From: the human T2T-CHM13v2.0 reference genome, Homo sapiens
Assembly (NCBI RefSeq): GCF_009914755.1
Contig: NC_060937.1
Reading direction: 5' to 3' (one strand)
Length of the DNA stretch: 64,000 bases
The notes below the pieces were generated by a model. The model did not search any database. It worked only from the letters and a program-made list of their open reading frames with translations, and was not told the origin of the DNA. Position 1 is the stretch's first letter. Every line of letters starts with the position of its first letter. A program made the translations under genes and the position numbers. This document shows positions 50,500 through 62,964 of the stretch, one piece after another.

Positions 50500-50712
50500 A
50501 CTATTAAAGTATAATTGACACTCAGCAAACTGAGTAAATCTGGACATACGTATACACCTGTGTAACAATCATCACAATTAATATAATGAACCTATTCATC
50601 AGACCCAAAATTTTCCTTGCACATCTTTGTATCCTCCCCCACACCCTACCTTCTACCCAGGCAACGATTGCTCTGTTTTGTGCCATTATAGATGAGTTTG
50701 CATTGTGCAGAA
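50500..50712 (-). mobile_element. L1M 3' UTR fragment
   Basis: TATACACCTGTGTAACAATCATCACAAT...CCCAGGCAACGATTGCTCTG...ATTATAGATGAGTTTGCAT. Confidence 0.65.
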
Positions 50713-52081
50713 CAAGGGACAGTTGCCTGCTAATCAAGACCAGCCAGTCAGGGAAAGCAACCGTAAATACTCACTGGTTACTATACTACAGCTAAATCTC
50801 CCTTCTATCTAGCTTCTTCTTTATTGTATCAATAAGAAAATTGAAGGCTAAGTATTTAACAGACCTGTCAAAGGTCACACTGCAAGTTAAGTAACAACAC
50901 CAACTTCAAACCTAGGTCATTGGATTCCAATTTCCAAACCTTTCTATTAAAGTATACAATAAATGTCTCTTCAGAAATGCATTAAAGTACATAATTCAAA
51001 ATTTCCCTCCCAAACTTAAATAACTCAAAGCATGTAATGATATTATACAATTTCTCACATCCTATTTCAGACTTTGAAATTTATCACACTTTAGACTTAC
51101 CAAAAAGCATCATGTAGATGTACTCAGCAACTTGAAACAGAAACTTTTCCATTTCTGATTCAAAGTGTGTAACTAAATCCATTCCATGTTTTGCTATATT
51201 TGCTATCATAATAATGTGATGTATGCAATCCATTATAGGCCTTCTGTGAATCTTTAATGCCTATTTTATGGCTCTATTTTATTCTCAATAGTTAAGATAT
51301 ATATATAATATTCACTAGCTATATATAGAACATATATATATATCAATATTCACTTGACATATATATAGAATATTTTTTAAATATTCACTTCACTTGATTT
51401 ATCTCTTACATACAGTTTAATTTTTCCAGACTTTGAACTTGCTTTTTTTCATATTTTCTAGTTACATGATTTGACATTTGGCTTTTACTCTTCAAGGAAA
51501 CTGATTTATCCCAACAATCTTTCTCTCCTCTAAAATATTTATGAAAAAACTTTTCAAGTGCTCAAATGACAACTGAAAACATTTTTATTGATCACCATTA
51601 GCAACTTCCAAAAACATATTATTTATTAACTTCTTCCTAGCCTCCTACCTACTACTCCAACTCTACTGTTTCTTTTGTCAAACTTGAAAATTCTGATCCA
51701 TTTATTTTACTTCACTTCTTCAGGTAGTTTCTCAATTTGGAGAAATTGTAATGTTGTTTGCTGGACAAGGCTGACCTCTAAGAATCTGATGGATGACTCA
51801 CTATTTGAGATCCCTATAGCTGGCTCTATGACCAGCTAAGCATCCGTGCTTCCAACTCTTTAAGGCTTTGTCGCTACAGCCGTCACCAAAAAAGACATTG
51901 AAGGACCAATAATCTCTACTTTCCACTTGCCTCTCATGATGACTCTATGTGGTAGTGACCTTTGGGAAGTGGGGTTTGCCTAGCATGCAAGAATGTGGTG
52001 TGCCGCCACTCCTCCAGTCCTGCATTAATTGCAGACATCTCTAATCCCTGCAGCCTCTTCCACTAAGCCAGCCTTGGCCTC

Positions 52082-52480
52082 ATAATAATTTCCTACAGTT
52101 CTGTAAATCAGAAGTCCAACACAAGTCTCACTGGGCTATGATCAAGATGTTGGCAGGGCGGTGTTTCTTTCTGGAGGCTGCAGGGAAGAATGTTGCCTTG
52201 CCTTTTCTCACTTTGGAAGGCTACCTTCATTGGCTCCTTCCTCCATGTTCAAAGTCAGAAAGAGAAGGGCAAATCCTTCTCACATTGCTTCATTCCTACT
52301 TTTCTTCCTCAATTTTCCACTTTTAAGGACTGGTGCAATTAGATTGGGCTCACCTAGAAAATCCAAGATATTCTCCCCATCTCAACCTTAGTCATATTTG
52401 CAAAGCCCATTTGGTCATAGAAGGTAACATATGCTCCAGGGATTAGGACTTTGGACATCTGACTATTCTGCCATCTGCAG
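52082..52480 (-). mobile_element. MLT1C/D-like MaLR LTR (partial)
   Basis: ACAGTTCTGTAAATCAGAAGTCC...TCTCACTGGGCTATGATCAAGATGTTGGCAGGGC...AAGGTAACATA...CAGGGATTAGGAC...TATTCTGCC. Confidence 0.85.
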
Positions 52481-53305
52481 ATAAATGTATATTCATACAT
52501 GCATATGTAAAATGATTAAGATACACTAAGAAACAATGGGCTTTTTAATATATAGGATATAATTTTATCTGTGTAAAAAATATTTCTTATATCTACATTT
52601 AATGTGATGTTTGCAAATATGTAACAAAAGGAGGAAGACTCAGTCCTTAGTTATATATAAACGGTCTTCTACAGTGAGGAATGGGATTAGGAGTGGATAG
52701 GAAAAACAATGTACACATTTTACTTGACTTACATTGATTTTTTTAAGCACATGGGGATTTTTATATTGTTATTATTTAGACAGCATCATGTTAAAAAATA
52801 GATCTACAAAATAAAATCACGGTAATTTTTAATATACCATATTATGGAAATATGTTACATCTTAGACTATATTTCTGTTTTTAAAAAGTGGTCAAAAAAA
52901 TCACATGTACAATACTAAGAGGAAATACTTTAAAATTGTGGACAAGAAATGGGTACAGCTATTTATTAAAATTATGAAACATGATTGGGGAATTTACAGA
53001 CAATTGAAATAAATACACAGATATTCTACAAATGTGATAGAGGAAATTGAATATTATATTGACATTAAGTCTTCCAAAATAATTTATTGGTTAACAGACT
53101 AGCCCAATAAAATATTAATACATTTTTAAATGCAATAATAATTAGAGCCATATGGTAGTGGCACCAAACTCAATTTCTGCAGAAGTGGAAGAGAATAAAT
53201 AGCCAAGACATATGTGCATAAAAAGAGACACACACACACTCTATTTGAAGAATTATTCAAGCTTATCTTATCACAAATTCCAAAAAGAATTGTGAATAGT
53301 TTAAT

Positions 53306-53478
53306 GCAGGGTTTCTTGACCTCAGTGTTACTGATATTAGGACCTGATAATTCTTGAGGGTGGGGAGTACCTAGCAGATATCAGTAGCAATCCCACCCCA
53401 CCCACCTCTCCTGTCCTCCACCTCCGGTTGTGTCAACCAAAAATGTGTTTAGACATTGCCAAATGTCCCCTAGGAGAA
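53306..53478. mobile_element. MER20 (hAT-Charlie)
   Basis: CAGGGTTTCTTGACCTCAGTG...GTTGTGTCAACCAAAAATGTGTTTAGACATTGCCAAATGTCCCCT. Confidence 0.85.
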
Positions 53479-53495
53479 CTATTAGTTTAAAGTTT

Positions 53496-53608
53496 TATAT
53501 ATATATAAATATATATATATATTTATATATATATATTTCAAGTATCAGTAGTGTGTGTGTATATGTATATATATATACATATATATACACTTTAAAATAT
53601 ATATATAT
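53496..53608. repeat. Imperfect (TA)n/(TG)n microsatellite
   Basis: Long TATATA runs with TG interruptions. Confidence 0.95.
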
Positions 53609-53639
53609 CTTTTTTCAGACAAATATCAAAAGAAAAAAG

Positions 53640-54150
53640 GTTTTTTTCCTCACCTCACTAGTAATCAAAGAAATACATATTAAAATAAGAAGCATACTTT
53701 TTATTTAACAAAATTTAATCAAAACAGGGGCAACTAAAATGTGTGAGATACTAAACATTGGCAAAGCTGGATTAAAATAGCACTGATTGTGGGAAGGAAA
53801 GTTCATAAAAACTTCTGGAAAGATTTCTAGAAAGATATTTCGCAATATGTAACAAGGGCCTTACCTGTCATTCTAGTAATCTTGTAATATAGTATTATTG
53901 TTCTGGAGTCTTCAGGACTGTAACCTAAGGAAATAAATCAGAGATACTAAGAAATACATGGTTTAAGATGTTTATTACAGAATTATTGAAAATAGTAAAA
54001 GTTAGTTTCCAACAATAGGTGAGGGGTAGAAATAAATAAGATATAACCATATAATAAAATATTAAAAGCACATGTTTGAAAAATAAGTATATTGAAAACT
54101 GCTTGTGATATAATATTATATGGAGAAGCTAGAATACAAATCTGTGTCTA
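53640..54150 (+). mobile_element. L1ME 3' fragments
   Basis: CACCTCACTAGTAATCAAAGAAAT; CCTAAGGAAATAAATCAGAGAT; AAGATGTTTATTACAG. Confidence 0.6.
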
Positions 54151-54236
54151 AATTATGCCCCAGCACCTGCTGTGGTACTCATTATGTATTTGCTGAATTA
54201 ATGAATAAACAATTACAATTTCAGATATGTATGTCG

Positions 54237-54273
54237 AATGGTAAAAACTGTAATTACTATTGCATCAACCTAA
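54237..54273. mobile_element. Half MADE1 (single Hsmar1-type TIR)
   Basis: AATGGTAAAAACTGTAATTACTATTGCATCAACCTAA followed by TA, versus the MADE1 half AATGGCAAAAACCGCAATTACTTTTGCACCAACCTAA. Confidence 0.85.
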
Positions 54274-55745
54274 TATAATGGGGTAGGGAGTATTAAGAAG
54301 CGGTAACTGAAATGTGTGAGGTTAGAAGAGAGAAAAATAAAGGGGAGAGTAATAAGAATTTAGCTACTTAAAATTAGTTTTGGTAGCTAGACTGAATTTC
54401 TCAAACAGAAAGGAGTGAAAGTGGATTTGGGTGATTTCAATTTTTTTTGAAACTTCTACATTTTCCAATATTTGTATAATAAATATATTACTTCTATAAT
54501 TATTCAATTTCTTTTAATTTGAGAAGTCCCTTTGGATTTTCAAACTCCATTCTCATTTGACTTCTTCTGCTACAGACCAGACTGTCAAATGATGTCACAA
54601 ATCAACTAGATTATTTGGTATGTGCAACATAGTCCATTTAATTAATATCTAAAAAAAATGATTGCAATACAGTCTTCTTCTAACTCAATAATAGTTAAGG
54701 AAAGACTTAACACCAAAGTGGGTGCCTGTCTAGGTCACAATCCCCTTCAGCAATTCTCTTTCACAAGCTTTCAATTCATGTGACTCAGTCCCTATTCGAT
54801 CCACATTTGTGTGTGAAAACTTTGCAAGATACTTTTCTGTGTGCTTCACCAAAAAACAAAGGATATTGTCTCTGCAGCACTTCCATTATCAATTAATTCT
54901 GTGGTTCCACCAAAACAGCAATCAAATCCCTCTGGCATCAGTTGTTGGACTGCCAGTATCTTCCATTATTACTCAAGAGATAATTATTTCCTGAAGGTTT
55001 ACAGATGTTTCCCCATTTCTATTTTTTACTGTATTTAATTAAAATATGAACTGAAACAACCAGACAGCATTTCAAAATTCAGTGCCCTCCATTGGCTTGG
55101 TTTTCCCTTAAAATTCATAGACGGGCTCGTCTAGAATCCTGTAACCCTTTTCATCTCCCTTGTCCATAACTAGGTGAACTGCTCAAAGAACGCTATAGGA
55201 TTGTTCTTTTTGTTTCTACTTAGCCTTCAGAAAAAAACCCTTAAAGAGCACTCCCAGGAGAGAGTAAGCAAAAAAAAAAAAAAAAAAGCAAGCCATTCTA
55301 AGACTTCTGTTACAGTCTATTACTCTCCTGCCCCTCTCATTTAGTAAATTTAGCAAACACCTCTAGGCTTTCTCCTCACTGTTCACATAGTTCCCATAAA
55401 CAGGCTTAGCTCCCTAGCAAAAATTGTTTTTCTATCTTTTCCAAAAGAGATTAAGTTTTCAGTTGTAGTTAACCACAGAATCTCTACAGCCACCACAGAA
55501 CATTAACTAGTGTGCACTGGTTTTGTCTAATGAAATCATAAAACTATTATAATCGATATTTGGTAATAAAATTTCAGAATGGGCCATCTTTATGATGTTA
55601 AATATGAAGCAAATGAGATAATTACCATATAATATGTTGCCTACCAAAAGCCGTGATTACTTGCTGACCAGTAACTTTCCTTTATGCTGAAATTCCTTTT
55701 TGATCTCGTGGTCAGATGTCCATTTAAGTTAGCCCCCAAAACTGA

Positions 55746-55868
<123 letters not shown>

Positions 55869-56015
55869 TGAGTAGCTGGGATTACAGGCGTGTGCCACCA
55901 CGCCCAGCTAATTTTTTGTATTTTAGTAGAGACAAGTGTTTCACCATGTTGCCCAGGCTGGTCTCGAACTCCTGAGCTCAGGCAATCCACCCACCTCAGC
56001 CTCCCAAAGTGCTAG

Positions 56016-56443
56016 TGTGTCTGAAGTTAGTTCCTTCCAGTGGGTTCTTGGTCTCGCTGACTTCAAGAATGAAGCCACAGACCTTCATGGTGAGTGTTAC
56101 GGCTCTTAAAGGTGGCATGGACCCAAAGAGTGAGCAGCAGCTAGATTTATTGTGAAGAGCGAAAGAGCAAAGCTTCCACAATGTGCAATGGGACCCCAGC
56201 AGGCTGCCGCTGCTGGCTGGGGTGGCCAGCTATTATTTCCTTATTTGTCCCTGCCCATGTCCTGCTGATTGGTCCATTTTACAGAGCTCTGATTGGTCCA
56301 TTTTACAGAGTGCTGATTGGTGCATTTACAATCCTCTAGCTAGACACAGGGCACTGATTGGCGCGTTTACAATCCTCCAGCTAGACAGAAAAGTTCTCCA
56401 AGTGCCCACTTGACCCAGGAAGTCCAACTGGCTTCATCTGTCA
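56016..56443 (-). mobile_element. LTR12-family (LTR12F-like, HERV9) complete 3' LTR
   Basis: TG...CA termini. GGGTTCTTGGTCTCGCTGACTTCAAGAATGAAGCC...GTGAGTGTTAC. Four CTGATTGG (CCAAT) repeats. Minus-strand AATAAA at 56146-56151. Adjacent polypurine tract (minus-strand AGAGGGGGGAT). Confidence 0.93.
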
Positions 56444-57212
56444 ATCCCCCCTCTAAACAGGACACCCCAACTGCTGTTGGGAATTGGGTGATGACCGCTC
56501 TAGCTACTTACTGCTGGATAGGGGCGAAGAAGGGGCCCTGCAGTGTTAGTGTCCTCCAGAGGGGAACTCTCTAGGCCAGCCAAAGGGTCAGTGGGTTGGT
56601 CCAGGGGGTCCTCGGTAGAAGTTGTTAGTTGAGCTCATTTGGGGTTCCATTCGTAAGACCATCAGTAGCTTGATGGCCTCGATCCTGGAGGAAACAAATT
56701 TGATAAGGAGGTTAAAAACACAGAGCCCGAAGGCGAGTAATAGCAAGATGGCTGTCACAGGACCTAGAAAGGGGAGAAGCCATGTTGCCCAACTCCAGAG
56801 GTTGGTATAAGAGTTTGAAAGGTGTTGCCTGATGTCAGAAGCCTTTTCCTGTAAATGCTGGGTGGCGTCTCGTATGATCCCTGACTGGTTAGTGTAAAAA
56901 CAACACTCTTCCCCTAAGAAGGGGCAAAGTCCTCCTTTCTCAGCAGTAAGGAGGTCTAGGCCTCAGCGGTTTTGGAGAGTCACTGCTGCCAAAGAGTCTA
57001 TTTGGGACCGTAGAGTAAGGATAGATTTTGTTATTTCTTGCAAACTGTCTGAGAAATCCTTTGATAGTGTGTGGTAGTAGGATAATGCAGTAGATAAACC
57101 TACTATTCTGGTTTCTGTAGCAGTAGCCATTCCTAACCCTATAAGTAGGGGTATTAGTTGTATGGCCCTGCACTGATGGACTTGAGCTTTGAGGAGCACT
57201 GATAGGGTCTGA
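56444..57212 (-). pseudogene. env: HERV9 env 3' part (SU/TM junction and TM), disrupted
   Basis: The minus strand reads QCRAIQLIPLLIGLG...[42 protein letters not shown], i.e. fusion peptide, immunosuppressive domain with a stop, and the CX6CC motif. Confidence 0.92.
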
Positions 57213-57832
57213 CTAGGATTACAGGCTTGAGCCACCACACCCAGCCCAAACTGAGATATTTTTTATAGTAACAGCAATGTTTATTAAAAAGTAGAGTCAA
57301 GATAACATGAGTAAACAAAAATGTAAGTCATCCTATTTCTGGGACACCCACTTCTCATAGCCACGGCAACCAGAAATAGACATCAGAGGTGACACGGACT
57401 CCAAAAATAGTTGTGACATATCAGCTTTACCAGAATTTATGATACTATGAAACTTTGACCAAGAAGATCTCAGGGTAAGTGTATTTTATAAATTCTGGTA
57501 CTTTAAAATAGCAGAAAGTAACTAACTTTTCTTATTCAGGATAATTTTTTATTTCAAAATTCTGAAGTAATCATCCAATTCCTTCATTAAACTGGAATTA
57601 AGTGTTGGAGATAAAGTGGACTATTGGCATGATCTTAGAGAACTAAGTTTTATACCTTTTATACCAAGTTTTGTAAATAAATAAAAGTATGTTTCAATAT
57701 TGATTTTTAACTTCTAAGCTTTCCCAGGACAGATTTCTTCCCCAAATCTCCACATTTTAGTGCAATTTATAATTTTTGCAAAGTGTCAGCTGGGAACATT
57801 TGTATCTAAAACACAGTTTAAAGATTGAAAAG

Positions 57833-58136
57833 GGGCTGGACATGATGGCTCACTCCTGTAATTCCAACAGTTTTGGGAGGCCAAGGTGGGAGGATCACTC
57901 TAGCCCAGAAATTCAAGCCCAGCCTAGGCAACAGAGGGAGACCCCATCTCTACAAAAAATTTTTTAAAAAATCACCCAGGCATGGTGGTGTGCGTGTGTG
58001 GTCACAGCTCCTTGGGAAACTGAGGTGGGAAGATTGTTGAGCCCAGACAATGTAGGCTGCAGTGAGCTGTGATCCCAACACTGCACTCCAGCCTGCGGAG
58101 CTTAGCTAGAGCCTATCAATCAATCAATCAAATCAA
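57833..58136 (+). mobile_element. AluJ with a (TCAA)n tail
   Basis: GGAGGATCACTCTAGCCCAG...GTAGGCTGCAGTGAGCTGTGATC; highly diverged. Confidence 0.9.
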
Positions 58137-58224
58137 TGGATGCTAAATGTTTAAAAGCTATATAACCTTGTTGCTCCAAGCATTGATAATTTAGGAGTTC
58201 TTAATACCTCCTTCCATATTCAAG

Positions 58225-58550
58225 TCATTAATAAGTTATTTCATATTCTTTCCCAAGTCTCTCTGAATTTTTTTCACCTTTCTCTGGTTCCATTATTGTC
58301 CCCTAAGCCCCAAATATGCCATTATCTCTAGCCTGGTCTACTGCAGCATTCTCCTAATTAGCTTCTCCTATCTACCTTTGCCCCTTTCCAATCCATTCTC
58401 CACATGGTACCAGAATAACCTTTTCAAAATGCAAATCTAGTTATATTACACCCCCACCCCACACAGAACTCTTCAAAAGCTTTTTATTTTCCCATAGCTA
58501 AAGGCCAAAATGTTTCACATGGCCATTAGCACCCTACTTGCTCTGGACCC
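58225..58550 (+). mobile_element. L2 fragment
   Basis: CCTGGTCTACTGCAGCATTCTCCTAATT...CCAATCCATTCTCCACA...TTTTCAAAATGCAAATCT. Confidence 0.75.
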
Positions 58551-59712
58551 TCAGAGCAAAATAATGTATTATCTTTGCTACAGTCAGAAAATACTGTTTT
58601 CTATATTTTTCTATTCATCTGGCTGAGTTTCTTAACAAATATATTACCTTTTTCCAAGATGCATTTTATTAGAAACAACTCTAATCAGCAGAGTCTACAT
58701 ACTTCATACCAGTTTGCTTTGGTCTACTATTTTACTGCTTTGAAGCAGCTTTAATTAATGGTTTTCTGTTTTCTCTGGAAAGCAAACACTTTACTCCAAA
58801 GAGAATGAAAAACCCCTGAGATAAATTGTACAATAATCAAGAAGCTGAATGCAGTTTTCTCTAGGAATTGAAATCATTTCCTGAGAAATTCAATGTGCCT
58901 GTTTCACTGGAAGAAATTCTATTGCCAGCACTTTATTTATTGATTCTCTTAGGCTTGTGTGATCTTTTGTTCCATAAAATTGGGCAGTTTCAAGGTTTGA
59001 TATACCTCAGCCAACTAACAGCAAGAAAACAATCTACCCATTTTCGGCACCATGCAGCAAAAAGTTGTCCTGAGCCTGACCTAGCCTGGGAACCTTACCT
59101 CTTCTCATCCTTTGTTCTCCTCTTTAATGCTAATCATGTGAACTGTGCTAAAAAAGCCAAGCCAAAAAAGTGAAATCCTGCTCTCAGCCCCAAGGACCTG
59201 TCACCTTTTATATGAAACTCAGCTTAACTGAGATCTAAGAGGTTCAGTTCTATAGAAGGTTTTACAGAATGACTGTCTGCTCCCAGGAAAGCTAACTTGG
59301 GGTCAGGCAACTAGATAATAGAGGAAGCTACCAATCTGCTTGAAAGACTTTTTATAAATCTTTTATATGCTGAGGTTTTAGGGGTTTTGTCCCAGCAGCC
59401 CAAGATCTTTGCCATGATTTCCAATATAGTCTTCCTTCAGATGTAACAGGGCTTTACTCATATTCAAGTTACTTTTTTTTTGGTGTATTCTCTTTATTCT
59501 GATCATTCTGATCATTTCCTTTATGTATTTCAAATACTGATATTAGACCTTAGAAGCTTTAATTATGTTTATGTGCATAGTATTATCTTCCCCAGAATCT
59601 TGTCTTTGAATCTGTTCATTTACAACTGTGTCCTTAGTGTTACATGTAACAATATTGATCCTCACGCTTGTGCCTTAGTAACACTGGTGGAACATTCCTT
59701 GTGAATAATGGC

Positions 59713-60205
59713 TGCATTCATTTTCTATTGCTGCAGTAACAAATGACCAGAAGCTTAGTGGTTTAAAACAACACAAATTTATTTTCTCAGAGTTCTGGAA
59801 GTTGGAAGTCTGAAATGTTTCTCACTGGGCTTAAATCAAGGTGCCAGCAGGGCTTGTTTTTCCCTGGAGGTTCTGAAGGGAGGATCCACTTTTTTTTGCC
59901 TCTTTTTGGCTTCTAGTGAGGTCTCATCTTTGGCTTGTGGCCCTTTTCTCCATCCTCAAAGCACTTCACTGCATTCTTCGCTTTTGCCACCACCCCATCT
60001 TTTTCTCTGCTGCTAGTCAAATCTCACCCTGCCTCTTTCATATAAGGATTCTTACAATGACATTTAAGGCCCACACAGATAATCCATAATAATCTCCCCA
60101 ATTCAAGATCCTTAATCACATCTGCAAAGTCTCTAAGGTAACATTTCTACAGGTTCTGGGGAATAGGGCATGGGCATTTGGGGGACCATTATTTAGTCTA
60201 CCATA
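59713..60205 (-). mobile_element. MLT1C/D-like MaLR LTR
   Basis: TATTGCTGCAGTAACAAATGACCAGAAGCTTAGTGGTTTAAAACAACACAAATTTATT...CCTTAATCACATCTGCAAAGTC...TTATTTAGTCTACCATA. Confidence 0.9.
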
Positions 60206-61254
60206 ATGCCCATATGGTTGATATCTTCACGATCACTCTTTTGGAGAGTCACAGAAAACTTGCAACATGGCCATGGTTCAAACCCCTAGCCAATATAAAC
60301 TAGGCTCACATAACACTTTCTTGAGATCTTAGTGATAAGGGTCCCCATCTTTCTAGTGATGAGCCAGTAAGCTCATCCTCCTCAGCATCTCACCTGACCA
60401 CACACAGATGCAGCCTCACCTCTGCCCCAGAAACCAGTGTAGTGCTGAATGAGAGCACCTGGTTTTTAAAATCAAATACTTTACAAATGACAAGAGCAAA
60501 AATTGCAAAGTAAAAACAGTTCATACAGGTTACCCATTAGGTAATAGCAAAACATACTGTTTGGGCTCTGCCTTAACTAGGGTAGAAAGGAGGAAAAACA
60601 GAACTGAGATCTTAAGATGCCACCTTCTAGTTAATTTCAAAAATATTAGGCTCCAAAATGACAGATTAAAAGAATAATTTGAACTCAATACACAGTCCCT
60701 AGATTATTTCACAAACATGAAGGGACCTCCTTGTCTATTTATAAACATCATCTAGTTCACCCTCTGCCTCCAGGATTGTACATATTAATACCAATAACTT
60801 TTCCTTAAAAAAGTTTCTAAATATTCAAAGTGGCTGATTCCAATCCTTAATCTTCTCAGGAAAGGACTTCTAAACATGAATGTAGGTGCTTTGCCAATGC
60901 TTCAGAATGCAGTGCGGCAGCTCTCTCTCACATCTTGGAGAAGTTATTTTCATCCTGTTGTGCTATCTCACACATGATGGTGCAAAACAGTTAATATAAA
61001 CTGGTTTACACATTCTGGAGGGAACAAATTTAAAAAGTTAATGCAACTTATTTTTAACTTAAATATGAAATTACTTTCACAAAAAGGACTTAAGAGTATT
61101 TAAAATGGCCAAGAGTTTTCTGGATGATTATTGATTATGCCTGATGTTCAATACGTTACGGTATGGTTACAATAAAAATGAAGGATTCATTTATGCAGAA
61201 TGACATTTTATCAAGCCCACTGAGCAACCATCTTTCTGCCTTTCCTCCACTATA

Positions 61255-61500
61255 ATATTTATATTATTAATGGAAACATTATCTGAAGCCAGTCTCATGC
61301 CCATTTCCTGAGGCACTACTCTGGGCATCTTCCTGTGGTTTTAATACATTAATGACCATCTTTATTCTTTTTTTTATGAGAATTTGACCAAAATTGAGCC
61401 CTTGTGACAATATTCACATCTGAGCTAATTTGACTTAATTTTCCAAGTTGGCTTCATGAAGCACAGTAGCAAAGTGCTTTATTAAAATCTGGATAATCAA
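61255..61500 (-). mobile_element. Possible CR1/L3 remnant
   Basis: CCTGAGGCACTACTCTGGGCATCTTCC...AATACATTAATGACCATCTT and AAAGTGCTTTATTAAAATCTGGATA loosely match the L3 RT region. Confidence 0.35.
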
Positions 61501-62964
61501 ATTAGCCTATTCATCTACTAACCGTGTGCTTGTATCACATGATTAAATTCATTTTTTATAGTAAACTCCTATCAATTATACCAGAGTAGATGAAGTCAAT
61601 GATCATAAACATTTTGCTTCCCTATGTTTTCCATGCTAGGTAGAATTTTAAGGTTAGCTTTGGGCATGTAGCCTAAAATACAAACTGCAAATTTAACCTC
61701 TGTTGAGGTGATATTTATATTGAAGGGCTCACAGTAGAAATCTAGAATATTAGAAACATTATTTTAAAAGGTACCTCTCTGCTTTAAAAGAAAAGGTCTT
61801 TCAACTCCACTGGGCTACATAAAGATACCTCCAAAGTTATAACATGCGTTAATTTTACTTGGGGTGTAGGGTGTAGGGGGATGGTGATGCAAGGTCAATA
61901 TTTCAACAAAATTGAAAGATTTTACATTCCAAATGTCTTTACTTCTAGAACTTTATTCTCACACAAGTTGAACAGCCTGATCTGCAAGCCTAAGAAGCAC
62001 TAACAGGATCAAAGACATCCTAAAAAGCCAGCTTTATAAATGGATCAATCTCCAGAAATATGTCTTACCAGGATGGGTTCTAAGTGTGCAATGTTCATTG
62101 CTAATCTGGAAATCCTCATATAAACTCAATCCTGGAGCCAAATAAAATGGATTTAGTCCTACAAGTAACTCTGAGCTTCTTTGGGACAATATATGGACAA
62201 ATATTTGGTTCCAAATCTAAACTTTTTTCCAGAATCCTTTTATTCTCTGTAATCACCCATAATATTTGGAGATCTGACTCAGGCAAAAACATGTGGACTA
62301 AGGAGGGGAGAAGGTATCTTAGGGCTGAACTAGATTGATTAGCAAAAAATAATTGCCAATTTTCTGAAGAATTTTCAAGTCTAAATTTTTGACGAATATA
62401 AACCAGGCAAACATGATGCTTTTATCCAACCTTGGTGGAAACCATTAAATGTGCTTCCAGTGTCACGGGGCTCCGATTCTGAAAAATATCAAAGCCCAGG
62501 TCCCTCAGGTCCCCCAGTTCACTCCTACCCTGTTCCAGAGATCAGCATATTGTCAAAAGGACCTTTCTGATTCTCAGGCAAAATATTTTCTATCTCTTAC
62601 ATAGAGTAGTAACTAAAAAGACTGCATCTTTAGGAAACGAAGACAAATTGTTGCAGAGAAGCTACCTGTCTTTAAAAGAAGGGATGATTTATTTTTTTCT
62701 CTCTCTTAACTAGAACAATTAATTGGTAACATAATAGAAACTCTCAGCAGTAAATGAGAAATGGCCTAATCCCTGAATAGATCACAAACAGAGTGGGAAG
62801 TGTTTTTTCTGCTTTAATTGCAGGAGTTGATGTTCAAAGAATTCCCCTGCTCCTCTTGGTTCTGTTGTGTTGCTGACTTCAGGACTTAAAAATCTGAGAA
62901 TAGAGGTTCAACTTGTTAATCTAAGGAAAAATAAAAATTAAAAATTGGAGGCCTAATTATCTTT

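Noticed and set aside
51724-51950. Protein-looking translation when joined to 49018-49115 (…ELINICDNRCSMTW*FLNLEKL*CCLLDKADL*…)
   Set aside because: About seven stops in ~110 codons is close to random expectation, so it is not evidence of a pseudogene by itself.
56444-57212. env remnant as a possible co-opted syncytin-like gene
   Set aside because: It lacks the signal peptide and nearly all of SU, and has a stop in the immunosuppressive domain (LQNR*GLDLL).
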